The notes beneath the pieces were generated by a model, which was not told the DNA's origin, did no database searches, and was given only the letters and a program-made list of their open reading frames with translations. 64,000 nucleotides of DNA, taken from positions 544,001-608,000 of the forward strand of contig CAWKKR010000001.1 in NCBI GenBank assembly GCA_963850305.1, written 5' to 3'. The position numbers were made by a program, and so were the translations under genes. Each line of letters opens with the position of its first letter. Position 1 is the stretch's first letter. Source of the stretch: an uncultured delta proteobacterium. GTDB taxonomy: Bacteria; Myxococcota_A; Polyangia; Polyangiales; Polyangiaceae. Below are positions 19,401-31,254 of the stretch, piece after piece.

Positions 19401-19430
19401 CGCTTACCTGAACTCATGCGTAGGTAAGCG
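19401..19430. other. Inverted repeat (possible terminator or operator)
   Basis: CGCTTACCT-N12-AGGTAAGCG perfect 9-bp arms between the B12-domain gene stop and the dcw promoter; no U-tract. Confidence 0.4.
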
Positions 19431-19488
19431 AACGTAGGTTGACCGCCGACCCGCGTCGAGCAGGACGATCCATCGGCGCCCGGATGTT

Positions 19489-19893
19489 TCAGGTTCGCGG
19501 CGTCAGGTTTTCGCGAACCCAGGCGACGATGTCGGCGAGAGGCGTCGCCGGCTTGAATATCTTCCGGACGCCGGCCGCCTCGAGCCGAGCGGCGTCGTCG
19601 TCCGGCACGATGCCACCCCCGAACACCGCGATATCCTCCGCATGGCGCGCCCGAAGCGCCTCGATGACCGCCGGAAACAAAGTGTTGTGAGCGCCACTCA
19701 TGATCGAGAGGCCCACCGCGTCCACATCCTCCTGAACGGCCGCCGCCGCGATCATGTCCGGCGTCTGGTGCAAGCCGGTGTAGATCACCTCGAACCCGGC
19801 ATCGCGAAGGGCTCGCGCGACAATCTTCGCGCCTCGGTCGTGCCCGTCGAGACCAGGCTTCGCCACCAGTACGCGGACCCGCGCGTTCGTCAT
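19489..19893 (-). CDS. Cobalamin-binding domain protein (methylmalonyl-/isobutyryl-CoA mutase small-subunit type)
   Basis: [14 protein letters not shown] (DxHxxG), [14 protein letters not shown]. Confidence 0.95.
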   Translation of the reverse strand: MTNARVRVLVAKPGLDGHDRGAKIVARALRDAGFEVIYTGLHQTPDMIAAAAVQEDVDAVGLSIMSGAHNTLFPAVIEALRARHAEDIAVFGGGIVPDDDAARLEAAGVRKIFKPATPLADIVAWVRENLTPRT

Positions 19894-21914
19894 GGCGCCG
19901 CCTTCACCAGCACCTTCAGGCGTCGAATGTCGAGTCTTCCCTCCGCGCGCGCCGTGAACGCGACTCGCCCAGGACCGATCGCGTTCACTAGTTTGCCCGT
20001 GAGCGTCTGGTCACCGACCTTTGCCACGACCCGATCTCCAGACACCTTCAGCGATACCGCGTAGCCCTCTCCGGTGGCCACCGGGAGCGGCTCGGGATCG
20101 GCCAGCTGGAACGCCTTTCCGTGTCCGTCGAAGACGAGGAGGCGGGCCTGCGCGGCGTCGAGTATCAGCCCCACGCCGGAATAGCCGACGTCGCCGGCGT
20201 TCGCTCGAACGAGCAACCCTCCGCCCGTACCCTGCGGCGCCAGCAGGACCGATACGTCCACATCGGACGCCGCTGCTCCAGTGGCGACGGCATCGAACTC
20301 GCCCCTGCCGCCGTCGAGGACGAGTCTGCCGTCATCGAGACCTGCAGCGTGCGGTTCGCCGAAGAGCCTGTCGTAAACGACGCCACCGGCACTCCATGGA
20401 CCATCGGGCGTCGTGCGCTCGCGAAAGTTCGCTAGAGAAGTGAGTTTCGGTGTCACGCCGTTCACCGACGCCGTGAGCGTGCCGTCCGCGTCCGCCACGA
20501 TCGCATAATGCTTGCCGGAGAGCGCGAATGCCGTGACCGATCCCTGATCCGTTTTCACGTCCGTCGCTTCGACCGGCTCGATCGCGCCGTCGTCCGTCGT
20601 TCGACCAAGAGCAGCCGTGCTGCCACCTCCAGCTGCAACGGCCAGCGCCACGCCAAGTTGCTCCAGCGCCTCCGGGTGTCCGTTTGCGGCGAGGATCAGC
20701 GCGAGATCAACCGTTCGTTGCCCATCCACGAGAAGCAATCGCAACGCGCTACCGACGACCAGCACGGGCGTGGCCGGGACTCCAGCCGAGACCCCATCGA
20801 GCGACATCTTCGGGACTTCGACCGCGAGAAACGATCCCGGACCTGCGCGACGCACGTCTTCGCTCGCCCGGAGCGCGGCGCGCTTCAGGACGGGGTCCGA
20901 CGAAATGGCCCGCTCCGTTCCGAGCATGGCCACACTCCATGCAGTGGCAGCCTCATTCTCGTCGGGCGACGACGGCTTCACGTCGGGCGACCACAGCGCG
21001 TCCCCCGACAGCGGATGCGTCGCATCGCCGAGAAAGACGCCAGCCCGCACCACTCGCCCCCGGGCGGAGAGCCCGGACGGGGCGACTTTCGACAGAAGCC
21101 ATGCGGAGAGTCCGTCGGTGGCATGCGGAACGCGATCGAGCGCCCGGACGGCGGCGGCAATCGCGTTCTGCTGCGAGAGGTCGTCCGCTTCGACCAGTAC
21201 CCCGTGGCGTTCGAACGCCGCGCGGCGCGCGCCGGTGAGAGCCATGCGCTCCGCGAGCTCCGGGCGTTCCACGATGCCGCGGCCCAGATCGATCGCCGTG
21301 ACCTCGACCTGAGTTCGCACGCGCAGCAGCTCTGGCGAGGCGCGCCCGGGCGCGCCGAACCATCGCCCGAACGCGGCCAGGTGATCCTGGTAGAGCAACC
21401 AGCACGCTCGCTCTGCGTCGTCGCGGATCCCGGTGGAAGGATCGTGTCCATCCTCGGGCGGGTTCCCGGCGTTCGCGATTCGCGCATCGATGAACGAATG
21501 GATACGAATGATCTCTTCCGTCGCGTCGCGGCCACGGTCGTCGGTGCGCGCCTGCAGTGGCAAATCCGGCATCCGCGCCGCGGCCCGCGCCAGCAGACTC
21601 TCCACCATCGCCGGCGCGAGCGTATTCCGCGCCGCGCTCGACCCGGGCCCGAAGAGCAACGCCTCCGCGAATCTCTCGTGTGCTCCATCGAACGGAATCG
21701 CTGCGAAGGCAGCCTTCAGTGGCTCTGCGACCTCGCGGGCAGTCAGATCCGGGCGGGCAACGAGGGAACGAACGCGCGCCGCTGTCCCCGGTACGCCCTT
21801 CTCGACGAAGGTGCGCACGATCGCCTTTTCGGAGTCCGTCAACGCGGCCGATGCGGGCTGCGACGAGAACACCGCGCAGACGAGCACGGCAAACGCAATC
21901 ACCCGGGCGGTCAT
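19890..21914 (-). CDS. Hypothetical secreted protein, helical N-terminus and beta-sandwich (concanavalin/DUF1080-like) C-terminus
   Basis: Signal peptide ending ASA. C-terminal GGGLLVRA...[17 protein letters not shown]...GRVAF pattern. ATGA overlap with the next gene. Confidence 0.6.
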   Translation of the reverse strand: MTARVIAFAVLVCAVFSSQPASAALTDSEKAIVRTFVEKGVPGTAARVRSLVARPDLTAREVAEPLKAAFAAIPFDGAHERFAEALLFGPGSSAARNTLAPAMVESLLARAAARMPDLPLQARTDDRGRDATEEIIRIHSFIDARIANAGNPPEDGHDPSTGIRDDAERACWLLYQDHLAAFGRWFGAPGRASPELLRVRTQVEVTAIDLGRGIVERPELAERMALTGARRAAFERHGVLVEADDLSQQNAIAAAVRALDRVPHATDGLSAWLLSKVAPSGLSARGRVVRAGVFLGDATHPLSGDALWSPDVKPSSPDENEAATAWSVAMLGTERAISSDPVLKRAALRASEDVRRAGPGSFLAVEVPKMSLDGVSAGVPATPVLVVGSALRLLLVDGQRTVDLALILAANGHPEALEQLGVALAVAAGGGSTAALGRTTDDGAIEPVEATDVKTDQGSVTAFALSGKHYAIVADADGTLTASVNGVTPKLTSLANFRERTTPDGPWSAGGVVYDRLFGEPHAAGLDDGRLVLDGGRGEFDAVATGAAASDVDVSVLLAPQGTGGGLLVRANAGDVGYSGVGLILDAAQARLLVFDGHGKAFQLADPEPLPVATGEGYAVSLKVSGDRVVAKVGDQTLTGKLVNAIGPGRVAFTARAEGRLDIRRLKVLVKAAP

Positions 21915-21956
21915 GGCCGAGCGGCAGGCTACCATCACGAGTTGGCGCTGCCTCCC

Positions 21957-22712
21957 CTACTCTTCGGCGGTGAGCGCCGCGACGACGGCGAGCGCCGCGA
22001 TGGCGGCGGTCTCCGTGCGGAGGACGAACTCTCCGAGTGTCGCGGGCGCGAAGGCATGGTTTGCGGCAAGCGCCTCCTCCTGCTCGGAGAAGCCGCCCTC
22101 GGGGCCGACGAGCAACGCCGTGGACGCCGTCTTCGGACGGCCCGCGAGTGCGGTGGCCAGCCCTTGGGGTGCCGAGGGCGAAAGGCAAAAACGGCTTTCG
22201 GACGCATTTTGACCGAGCGCGTCCTCCAGCGGGATGGGCCCGTCGATACGGGGAATATCGCCTCGACCACATTGCCTCGCGGATTCGACGGCGATCGTCC
22301 GGAGGCGCTTCTGACGTGCATCTGCTCGCCCGGCGTCGAGGCGCACGACGGTTCGCGCGGACTCGACGAGAACCACGCTTTCGACCCCGAGCGCGGTGGC
22401 GTCGCGGATGACCTGGTCCGGCTTGTCGCCCTTGCCGAGAGCATAAAGGAGGGTCACCCGTGAGCGCGCAATCATCGACGCGGGCCGGGCAAGGCCGACG
22501 CGACACCTTACCGTGCGACCGACATCGATGATCTCGACTTCGGCTTCTAGCCGCGCCTCGGGGTCGAACGCGACAAAACGACCACCTTGCCCGAGTCGGT
22601 GAACCCGCGTGACGTACCGCGCGACGCCCGCGGACAGCGTGCACTCCCCCCGCGGCAAGGGCTCGATCGCGACGCGAAGAAACCGAGGCTCGCGCGACAA
22701 GAGCGCCTTCAT
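21957..22712 (-). CDS. rsmE: 16S rRNA m3U1498 methyltransferase
   Basis: ATALGV, ESARQCGR, VGPEGGFSEQE, LGEFVLRTETA. Confidence 0.97.
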   Translation of the reverse strand: MKALLSREPRFLRVAIEPLPRGECTLSAGVARYVTRVHRLGQGGRFVAFDPEARLEAEVEIIDVGRTVRCRVGLARPASMIARSRVTLLYALGKGDKPDQVIRDATALGVESVVLVESARTVVRLDAGRADARQKRLRTIAVESARQCGRGDIPRIDGPIPLEDALGQNASESRFCLSPSAPQGLATALAGRPKTASTALLVGPEGGFSEQEEALAANHAFAPATLGEFVLRTETAAIAALAVVAALTAEE

Positions 22713-22747
22713 ACCGCGACGACCTGTCCTGCGCTATCCATGGAAAC

Positions 22748-22936
22748 GTGTCCGAGCAACGGAAGACGGTCGTGGCGGCCGCGGCACTCGCCGCCGCGGT
22801 CGGGGTCTACGCGGAAATTTCCTATCACGAGAACCTGAAGGAGCGCGCGCGGCTCCAGGAACTGCGCGGCCTCGAGCATCCCGCCGCGCCCGCCGCGTCT
22901 ACCGCGCGAGAGCGCGCCATCGATCGCGAACGTTGA
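22748..22936 (+). CDS. Small hypothetical membrane-anchored protein (62 aa)
   Basis: Hydrophobic VVAAAALAAAVGVYA then a charged tail; GC-rich third positions. An antisense ORF (22709-22945) is the alternative. Confidence 0.4.
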   Translation: MSEQRKTVVAAAALAAAVGVYAEISYHENLKERARLQELRGLEHPAAPAASTARERAIDRER

Positions 22937-22941
22937 CCGGT

Positions 22942-23655
22942 TCAACCCGCGAGCGTCTCCGGGTTCCCGTAGTACGCATCGTGCGCCCGCACGGACACCA
23001 GAAGATCGCGTCTATCGCGCGGAAACGGTATCGGCGCGCCCTCGGCCAGCACGAGCGCCGTGAGCGACCCCCCATACACGCATGCCGTGTCGAGCCCGGT
23101 CGCGCACGGGTGAAGCTGAAGGCCGCGTCGTGCATCGTGTCCGAAGACGAGATGCGGGTCTCGTCGGTATGCCGTCGCCCAGCTCTCGGCGCCCGCAAGG
23201 TGACTCGCCTTGCCGTCGGGGCCGATCGAACGAATGTGGGTGAGCGTCCAGCTATCCTGCTCGTCGAAACCAACGCTCGGCAGGACACCCGCATGCACGA
23301 TACGCGCGCCGTGTCCTTTGACGTCCAGGTAAAGCGGGAGCGCGTCGAGAAGCGCCCAGTCCGCTTCCGTGAGCTCGTGAAACAGCGCCTCGTGGCTCGG
23401 ACCCATCTTTGCCGTGGACTGGCCCGCGAGACGTGCTCGACGCACCTGAAGGACGCGCGCCTCGTGGTTCCCGAGAACGCCGCGACCGCCAACCTCACGA
23501 TAGAGCCGCAACACCCCCGCGCTATCCGGCCCGCGTGCGATCAGATCGCCGACGAAATAAACGACATCGCCGGCACCGGGACCCAGCAGATCGAGGAGTT
23601 CCGATAGCTCCCGCGCGCACCCGTGAACGTCCCCTATGAAGATGCTGCGCGCCAT
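22942..23655 (-). CDS. Calcineurin-like metallophosphoesterase (ApaH/PrpA-type)
   Basis: GDVHG, GDLIARG, GNHE, VHAG, FGH, GLDTACVYGG. Confidence 0.93.
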   Translation of the reverse strand: MARSIFIGDVHGCARELSELLDLLGPGAGDVVYFVGDLIARGPDSAGVLRLYREVGGRGVLGNHEARVLQVRRARLAGQSTAKMGPSHEALFHELTEADWALLDALPLYLDVKGHGARIVHAGVLPSVGFDEQDSWTLTHIRSIGPDGKASHLAGAESWATAYRRDPHLVFGHDARRGLQLHPCATGLDTACVYGGSLTALVLAEGAPIPFPRDRRDLLVSVRAHDAYYGNPETLAG

Positions 23656-23843
23656 GCTCCGCCGCCGGGCAGGTTAGCCCCGACAAACCAATAGTCAAAT
23701 CAGTCGGTTACAGTCGGATGCGTGGGTCCAGGCGACGCAACCCCCCGAGGCGGGGCCCCATCCACCTGCACTGGAAAAGGGGCCTTGCCTGGAGCGGGGC
23801 CCGCGTGATACCCGTGCAGGTCCGAATCCCAGGGAGGCTACGA

Positions 23844-24548
23844 ATGCCGACAGTCCGGTCCGCTGGCGCTGCAACGATCGCTGTCTTGATCCTCACCGGG
23901 TGTGGGGGAGACGCACCCAAGTACAAGCCGCACCCCGCACCTAGCGGTGTCCAGGCCAACCTTCCGCCGGTGCCCAACGTGCCGCAGCGTCCGCTGAAAG
24001 CGGGCGACGCGTACACCGTCTGGGGGGCCAGCTATTATCTGCGAAGCCGTGTTCATCACAAGGACGTCGCAGACAAGACCCTCTCGATCACGGGTTACAT
24101 CTCGAAGACGAATCTCGACACCGCGCCGAAATGCGCCATCCACAAAACCGGCAAGGCGGACCCCGACAACTGCAAGGCCGGCATCCCGACCTTCTGGCTA
24201 TGCGACGCGAAGGACGCCGCCGATTCCGACTGCATCCGGGTGATGGGCTGGGCGTCCAACTTCGCGCAGATCCACGACGCCATCGAGCAGGACGACAAGG
24301 ACAAGTCCAAGCCGGCGAAGGATCAGGAGCCGTTCACCGACGAACTGTGGGGCGTCAAGCTCCCGAACCCGTTGCCGGCCAAGGGGGCAAAGGTGACCGT
24401 CAAGGGCGAGTACGCGACAACGTTCACGAAAGCGTCGTCAGGCACGGTGGCCGATCCGATCATGGGCTTGCTCACTTACGAGGACATCGAAACGACCGAG
24501 CAGGCCCCCGAGGAAGCAACGCTTCCCGGCATGAAGCGAAAGAAGTAG
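23844..24548 (+). CDS. Hypothetical lipoprotein
   Basis: GGGAGG RBS; lipobox LTGC; four further Cys; possible OB-fold-like strands (LSITGYI, VTVKGEY). Confidence 0.75.
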   Translation: MPTVRSAGAATIAVLILTGCGGDAPKYKPHPAPSGVQANLPPVPNVPQRPLKAGDAYTVWGASYYLRSRVHHKDVADKTLSITGYISKTNLDTAPKCAIHKTGKADPDNCKAGIPTFWLCDAKDAADSDCIRVMGWASNFAQIHDAIEQDDKDKSKPAKDQEPFTDELWGVKLPNPLPAKGAKVTVKGEYATTFTKASSGTVADPIMGLLTYEDIETTEQAPEEATLPGMKRKK

Positions 24549-24611
24549 TCGCCGTTCCGCGCGGTTAGGTCTTCGACACCGCAGCGCGGGCTGATAGGCT
24601 CACGCCGCGTC

Positions 24612-26697
24612 GTGCCAAGAACCGTCCTCTGGGCAGCCGCGATTGCGCTGTTGCTCGCGACGCCGGGCTGCCTTCGACAAGACTACCCCGCGGACGCGCC
24701 CGTAGTTTCGCAGGTGAAGCTCCGGGGGACCGATGCCGTAGATCCGACCGACATTCTCCACGGTCTGGCGACGGCTGCATCGCCGAAATTCCTGGGCATC
24801 TGGGACGGCGTCGTCTTCGACTACGAGGTGTTCGACCAGACCCTGCTCGAACGCGATCTCGACCGCGTCGAACGCTACTACCGGGCGCGCGGCTACTACG
24901 AAGCGGAGGTCACGGCCGCCCGGGTCATTCACGTCGACGAGCACCACGTCCGCGTCGAGATCCGCGTGCACGAGGGTGCGCCCGTGCTCGTCGCGCAACC
25001 GGTCGAGACCCCGGGGCTCGAGGTCCTGCCGCTCGAGATCGCGGCGGCCGCCAAGCGCGCGCTGCGATCGCGCCCGGGCGACCGCTTCGACGAGGCCGTC
25101 TACGCGTCGGACAAGGACAACCTCGCACGGGCGCTCGCGGACAGGGGATACGCTTTCGTCAAGGTCACGGGCCACGTTCGGGTCGACATCGCGGCGCACG
25201 AGGCGCACCTCGAATACCGCGTGGTACCGGGTCCGCGCGCGATGTCATGGACCGATCCGCATCGCGGGACTCAAGGCAGTCCCTGAAGGGCCTGTCCGCG
25301 ACAACCTCGACCTGGTCGAGGGTCACCGCTACTCGCGAGCGGAAATCCAGGATGCGCGGGCGGCGCTCGTCAACCTCGGCGTCTTCTCCACCGTGGAGAT
25401 GCGCCAGGACGTCACCCACCCGGATACCGGTATCGTGCCGGTCACCGTCGTCGTGGAGGAGGCGCCGCTTCGCGCGTGGCACGTCGGCGGCGGCATGCGC
25501 TTCGACGTCCTCGAGTGGTCGGCGAACCTGAGTGTCGGCTGGGCGAACCGGAACTTCCTCGGCGGCATGCGCCAGCTCACGCTCGAAGCGAAGCCGGGCC
25601 TCGTCTTTTACCCGACCCGGATGGACAACTTTCACGAACCCACGTCCGTGCTCCCGCGTAGCGGCGTCCGCGCCGAGCTCCGGCAGCCGGCGTTTCTCGA
25701 AGGCCGAACGACCGGCGTCTTCTCCGCGGAGTTCAACGTCTATCCACTGCTCTACCCGGGTCTCGGCGATGACCCGAGCTTGAAGGAAAACGTCATCGGG
25801 TACGACGAGGTGAAGTTTCGTGCGGGCGCGGAGCGCGCCTTCTTCGGACACCACCTCTACGTCACGCCTTCGTACAACTGGCAAGCCAACTTTCCCTTCG
25901 CGTACATCGGCACGAATCCACTCGGGGACGTCCACGTGCTGTACCCGGAGTTGACGACCGTGTTCGACTTCCGCGACGATCCCATCGAACCGCGGCGCGG
26001 GGTATTCATCAGCAACACCGTCCAGATCGCTGGACATATCTTCGGCGGCGATGCGTCCGACGTGAGAGAACAGCCGGAGATCCGCACGTACCTGCCCATC
26101 TCCAAGTCCGTCGTGCTGGCCGCGCGCGCGACGATCGGGTTTCTGTTCCCGTCGAACTACGGCAGCACCCTCACGAACGGAAACCTCTCGAGCGGCGCGC
26201 TGGACCCCGCGACGTTACGCGATCAGCAACTCCTCCTCTTCAGAGCCTTCTATTCCGGTGGCCCGAACTCGAACCGTGGGTACCCGTTCCGCGGGGTAGG
26301 CCCGCAGGGAGTCCTCGGTTACCTCTTGCCGAGCACCGCGGCATGCGCAGGGAGCACGGATCCTGCGTGTTATCGACCGACGGGGGGACTGTCGCTCTGG
26401 GAGGCCTCGATGGAGGTCCGCTTTCCGCTTGCCGGACCGGTCCGGCTCGCCGCCTTCGTGGACGGGAGCGACGTCGTGCGCCAGATCGCCACCATCCGCT
26501 TCACCTATCCGCACCTGTCCCCGGGCCTGGGCTTACGCTACGCGACGCCCGTCGGCCCCGTTCGGCTCGACATCGGCTACCGCATCCCGTACATGCAAGA
26601 AATCGGCGTCAAGAATCTGCCCATCGAGGAGGGCTACCAGCCGACGATCTTCGGGCTGCCCATCGCCATTCAATTCGGACTCGGTGAGGCGTTTTGA
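24612..26697 (+). CDS. Omp85/TamA-family outer membrane protein; +1 frameshift near 25245
   Basis: POTRA-like repeats (YYRARGYYEAEV, LADRGYAFVKV), then barrel motifs GGPNSNRGY, GLGLRYATPVGPVRLDIG and terminal LGEAF. ORFs 24612-25286 and 24976-26697 join after one base is removed. Confidence 0.9.
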
Positions 26698-29600
26698 TCG
26701 GAGAGCCACCGCCCGGCACGCCACGGCGCACCCGCGCGGGCCGATGGCTCCGTATCCAAGCAGTGGTCGCTCTGTCGATCGGGGCTGCCGCGGCCGGCGT
26801 GGTGCTCCACGTGGATTTGCCCGTCGGCCGACGACTCGTCGCGAGGATCGCCGAAGGGGCGTTCGCGAGCGCCCTTCACGGCAGGCTGGTCATCGAGTCG
26901 ATAGGCCATCTGGGCCTGACGCACTTCACGATCCGCCGCGCCTCCGTTCTCGACGAGAGTTCCCGGCCGGTGCTGCAGATCACCGACGCGCACGCCGACG
27001 TTTCGCTTTGGTCCATCGCGTACAAGACGCTCTTCACGCCGGGGCAGCTCGACATCGTCATCGAGCGCCTGCACGTCGAGCGAACCCACGTCGATCTGCT
27101 TCCCGAAGCGAACGGCGAACCGTCCATCGCCCGCGCGTTTTCTCCCAGGTCGTCCGGCGCGCCATCCTCGAAGCACAAGGGCCTCGGCGTCGCCGTCATC
27201 GTGCGGGACGCGGAACTCGGTCGCGTGATCGTGGATTTCCACGCCTCGGATCGCACGACGATCCAGGCGCGGTTCCGTCACGTCGACGGCAAGTTCGAGG
27301 CATCGGAAAAGGGGCTTTCGGCGAGCGTCAATCGATTCGGCCTCAGGCTGCGGGGCGCAGGGCCCGGCGCGCGCGGCACCGGTACACTTTCTGTTCACCT
27401 TCCTGGACCGCTTCACGGAACGTTTCACGGGTTCGCGGGCGACGTCGAGATTCTGGGCAATGCGACGCTCGAAGGCCGGCACCTCGACGTCACCGCGGAC
27501 GCCCCCCGCGTGACACCGACGGCCGCGAACACGCTCTTCCCAGACTGGCCGCTCGACGAAGACGTGGGCGCGCACGTCGAGGCCCACGGCAATCTGCCGA
27601 ACCTGGTGACGCATGCGACGCTGACCGCGGCCGCGTCCACGGTCGACGTCGCGGGACCCATCACGCTCGGCGCCACACCGAGCGCGAGCTTCGTCGTCGC
27701 CGGGCGTCACCTGGACGCGCGCCTCTTCGCGCCGGGCGCCCCCGCGACGGACATCTCGCTCGACGCGAACGCCAGTGGGCGCGTCGCGAACGGCGCGGTC
27801 ACAGCCGAGGCCACGGCGCGGACGGCGACGACCGTCGTCGCGGGACAGGCCGTCCCCGCCGCCGACTTCGACCTGCGTCTCGACCCCGCGGGTCTCGCGG
27901 GCACCTTCCAGATCGAAGAGCCCGGGATGCCTGTCGCGGGAACCCTGCATGTCTCTCCGGCGCTCGTCGCCGACGTCGATGCCCACACCGCAAACGGCGT
28001 GAACCTCCGCCGAATCCCGCGCCTGCATGCCGCCGGGACGGGCCGCGCGCGCCTGAAGGTCCATCTGGAGAAGAAGACTCTCCGGCTCACGGCCGACGCG
28101 GACGGCACCGGCCTCGCCGTGCCCGGGGCGACGCTCCAGACCGTTCACGCGACCGCGGACGCGTCCGCCCCTCTCGCAGATCTCGAACGACTCTCGGGCA
28201 CCGCGCACGTCGAAGGAACGAAGCTCGGCAGCAGCGCGCTCACCGCGGACCGCCTGACCGTGGATGCTCGCGGCGGACTCGACGGCATTCGATTCGACGC
28301 GCATGTCGGGCAGACGGACGGCCCCGAAATTCGCGCGACCGGCGTGGCTCGCCTCGGAAAGGGGCCGATGCTCAGCAACGTCGACGTGTCGTACCGGCGC
28401 GACCCGGTCACCGTCGTCGGACACGTCGCGGCCCTCGACCTGAAGAATGGCAACGTCGACGTCCAGGACATCTCCGTGAACGGCGCGGGCGGCAGGATCA
28501 CCGGCTCTGTGCGCCTCGAGCACGGTGGCCTCCACATCGCGGCCGAAGGGCAGGACGTCGATTCTCGCCGCCGTCTGCCAGGCCCTCGGGCTCCCGCGCG
28601 GCACGCTCGAAGGTACCCTGCGCGTGAGCGCAAACGTCACGACGACGCGCGAAGGAGCAAAGGGGCACGTGCGCCTCGGCCTCCGAAAAGGGACGCTCGG
28701 CCCCCTCGGCGGCGCGTCGCTCGGCGTCTCCGCCGACGTCGATGGTCGCGCGTTGACGGGCTCGGCGTCGGGGCTCGTCGAAGGGCTGGGCGGGTTCGGC
28801 GCGACCTGGGACACGACGCTCGACGGACCGCCGCTCGACCTCGCGTCGTACGAAAAAGCCACCGGGACGGCGGAGGTACAGGTCGGCGACGTGCGACTCG
28901 CCCTCGCCTCGGCCGCGTTGCCGAAGTCGTCACCGATCGACCATCTGGGTGGCCACCTCTACGCCCGCATCCGGCTCGACAGAGACTCGAACCAGGTGCG
29001 CATCCCGACGATCACGACGACCGTCTCCACGGACGGGCTCGCTCTCGGCATCGCAGGAAGCAACGACCGCATCAAGGGCATCGACATCGTCTCGACCGAC
29101 ACGCTCGACGGGAAGAGCGGAGAGCTCTCGGTGAACGCGCGGGCCACCGATACGATGGGCGACCTGGTAGAAACGGCCGGCTCCATCCGACTCGACCTCG
29201 ACCAGGCGCTCAGAGAGCCCGCGACGGCCCTCGCTCGCCTCCTCGAGACGCCGCTCGACGCGACCGTCACGTTACCCCGGCGCCAGATCGCGACCTGGCC
29301 GGCCCGGGTTCGCCCCGATGGCTTGACAGGCGCGCTCGGCGCGAGCGTGCGGGTCAGCGGCACGCTGCACCACCCGACGATCGCGGGCAAGGCAGACCTG
29401 TTTCAGCTCTCGACCAACGGCGGGTTCCGACCCGTGGATCTCCATGCCGAAGGGCAATACGAGTGGGCCACGCGTGCCTTGACCCTTCACGCCGCGGCGT
29501 CGGCGGCGGGCAGGCAGGTCGCGACGGGCGAGTTTCTCGGCTCGGTGCCGAACGGAATCGCGAGCTGGGACGGCCGCGGCCGCATCGCCCTCGAAGACGC

Positions 29601-31248
29601 TCCGCTCGATCTCCTGCTCGGCATGCACCACATGAACGGCGGTCTCTTCGGTCAGGTCAACTGGTCGCGAACCAAGGACGGGACCGGCGATCTCGGTGGC
29701 GATATCCGGATCTCGAACATGGTCACCGCTCACGAGTCGCTCGGCACCGGCCGGATCCTCGCCGAGACGACCGGTGACGTGCTCCAGGCGAGCGTGGAGT
29801 TCAAGGGCGGGCAAGGAACGCTCTCGCTGCACGGCACCGCACCCCTCTCCTTCCAGACACCCTTCCCGACGCTGGCACACGACGCCCCCATCATCGCCAA
29901 GCTCGTGACGCACGACTTCAGCGCGACGGCCCTGGCCCCATTCGTGGCGGGCGTCCTGACGCGAATCGACGGGCACGTCGACGCCAACGTCGGCGCCGAG
30001 TTCCACCCGCGCACGGACCGGGCGGGCCTCGCGTGGGCGGGCGGACTCACGGGCACCGCCGCGATCAAGGACGGCAACGTGCTCGTCGACGCGCTGGGCC
30101 TCGAGGTGCGCGATCTGTCGTGCTCGGTGGCGGCGAGCGCGGCAAATGGAGCCACGAACATCGCCGTCCGGGATCTGCGCGGCAAGGTGCGTTCGAGCAA
30201 GGACAACTTGCAAGCATCCGCCGACCTCATCCTGCAAGGCGTGGAACTCGCGCGCGGCACGGTGAACCTCGACGCGAAGGACTTGCCCATTCTCTTCCGC
30301 GGCGCTCCGCAGGGCCGCATCACCGGCAAGGCGTCCGCGAAGCTCACTCGCCAGAGCGACCGGATGCTCGTCGACATCGACGTCCCGGCCCTCGTCGCGA
30401 ATCTCCCCCAGACGTCGACGCGTCAGGTCATCGCCCTCGGCGACAACCCGGACGTGTCGATCGTTCAATTCGAGACCCCCGCGACGAGCGAGAACGACGT
30501 CATGCCCTGGCGTCTCACAATCAATCTCGGGAACAACGTCAGCATTCGCCGCAGCGACGTCGAGCTCGGGATCAGCGGAACACCCGTGATCGAGCTCGGC
30601 AACAAGCTCGCCATGAGTGGCTCGATCGACCTCGGCTCGGGCGGTCGCGTGCCGGTGCTCGGCAAGGTCTTCATCGTCGATCATGGCGAGGTCTTCTTCG
30701 ACACTCCGGACCCCGGGGACCCGCGGCTCGACGTGAGCGCTTCGTGGCGCGCGCCCGACGACACGACCGTTTACGTTGACGTCACGGGCACGATGCAGGC
30801 GCCGAACATCGCCGTCCGGAGCGATCCGCCGCTTTCCGAAGCCGAAGTCTACGCATTGATCCTCGGCGGGACGAATCCCGATTCGGGAGGCACCGCCCTC
30901 GACGCGTCGAACTCCGGAAACCAGAGCGCCGCCGCGGGCGCAACGGCGCTCGGCGGCAGTGTCGCGGCGATGGGCGTCAATCAACTCCTGACCAACAACC
31001 CGCTCGAGCTCCGCGTCGACACCACGTCGCAGAGCCTGCCTCGGTACACCGCCGCCGTTCGCGTGCGCGAAAACCTCTGGTTCGAAGCCTCGGAATACCA
31101 GCAAACCGAATACAGCGAAGGCGCCGCCAGCGATCGGGCCGTCGTGTCCGGCACCGTCGACTACCGGTTCACGAAGCGCTGGTCGCTGAGGACGGAGGTC
31201 GGGACGGCGGGAGGGTCGCTGGATTTGCTCTGGCAGTACAGATACTAG
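26694..31248 (+). CDS. TamB-family translocation and assembly module protein (DUF490 C-terminus); +1 frameshift at 28562
   Basis: N-terminal anchor, long amphipathic beta repeats, C-terminal SDPPLSEAEVYALILGG and GSLDLLWQYRY. GAT(T)CTC insertion joins ORFs 26694-29777 and 28525-31248; follows TamA. Confidence 0.88.
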
Positions 31249-31254
31249 CCGTCC

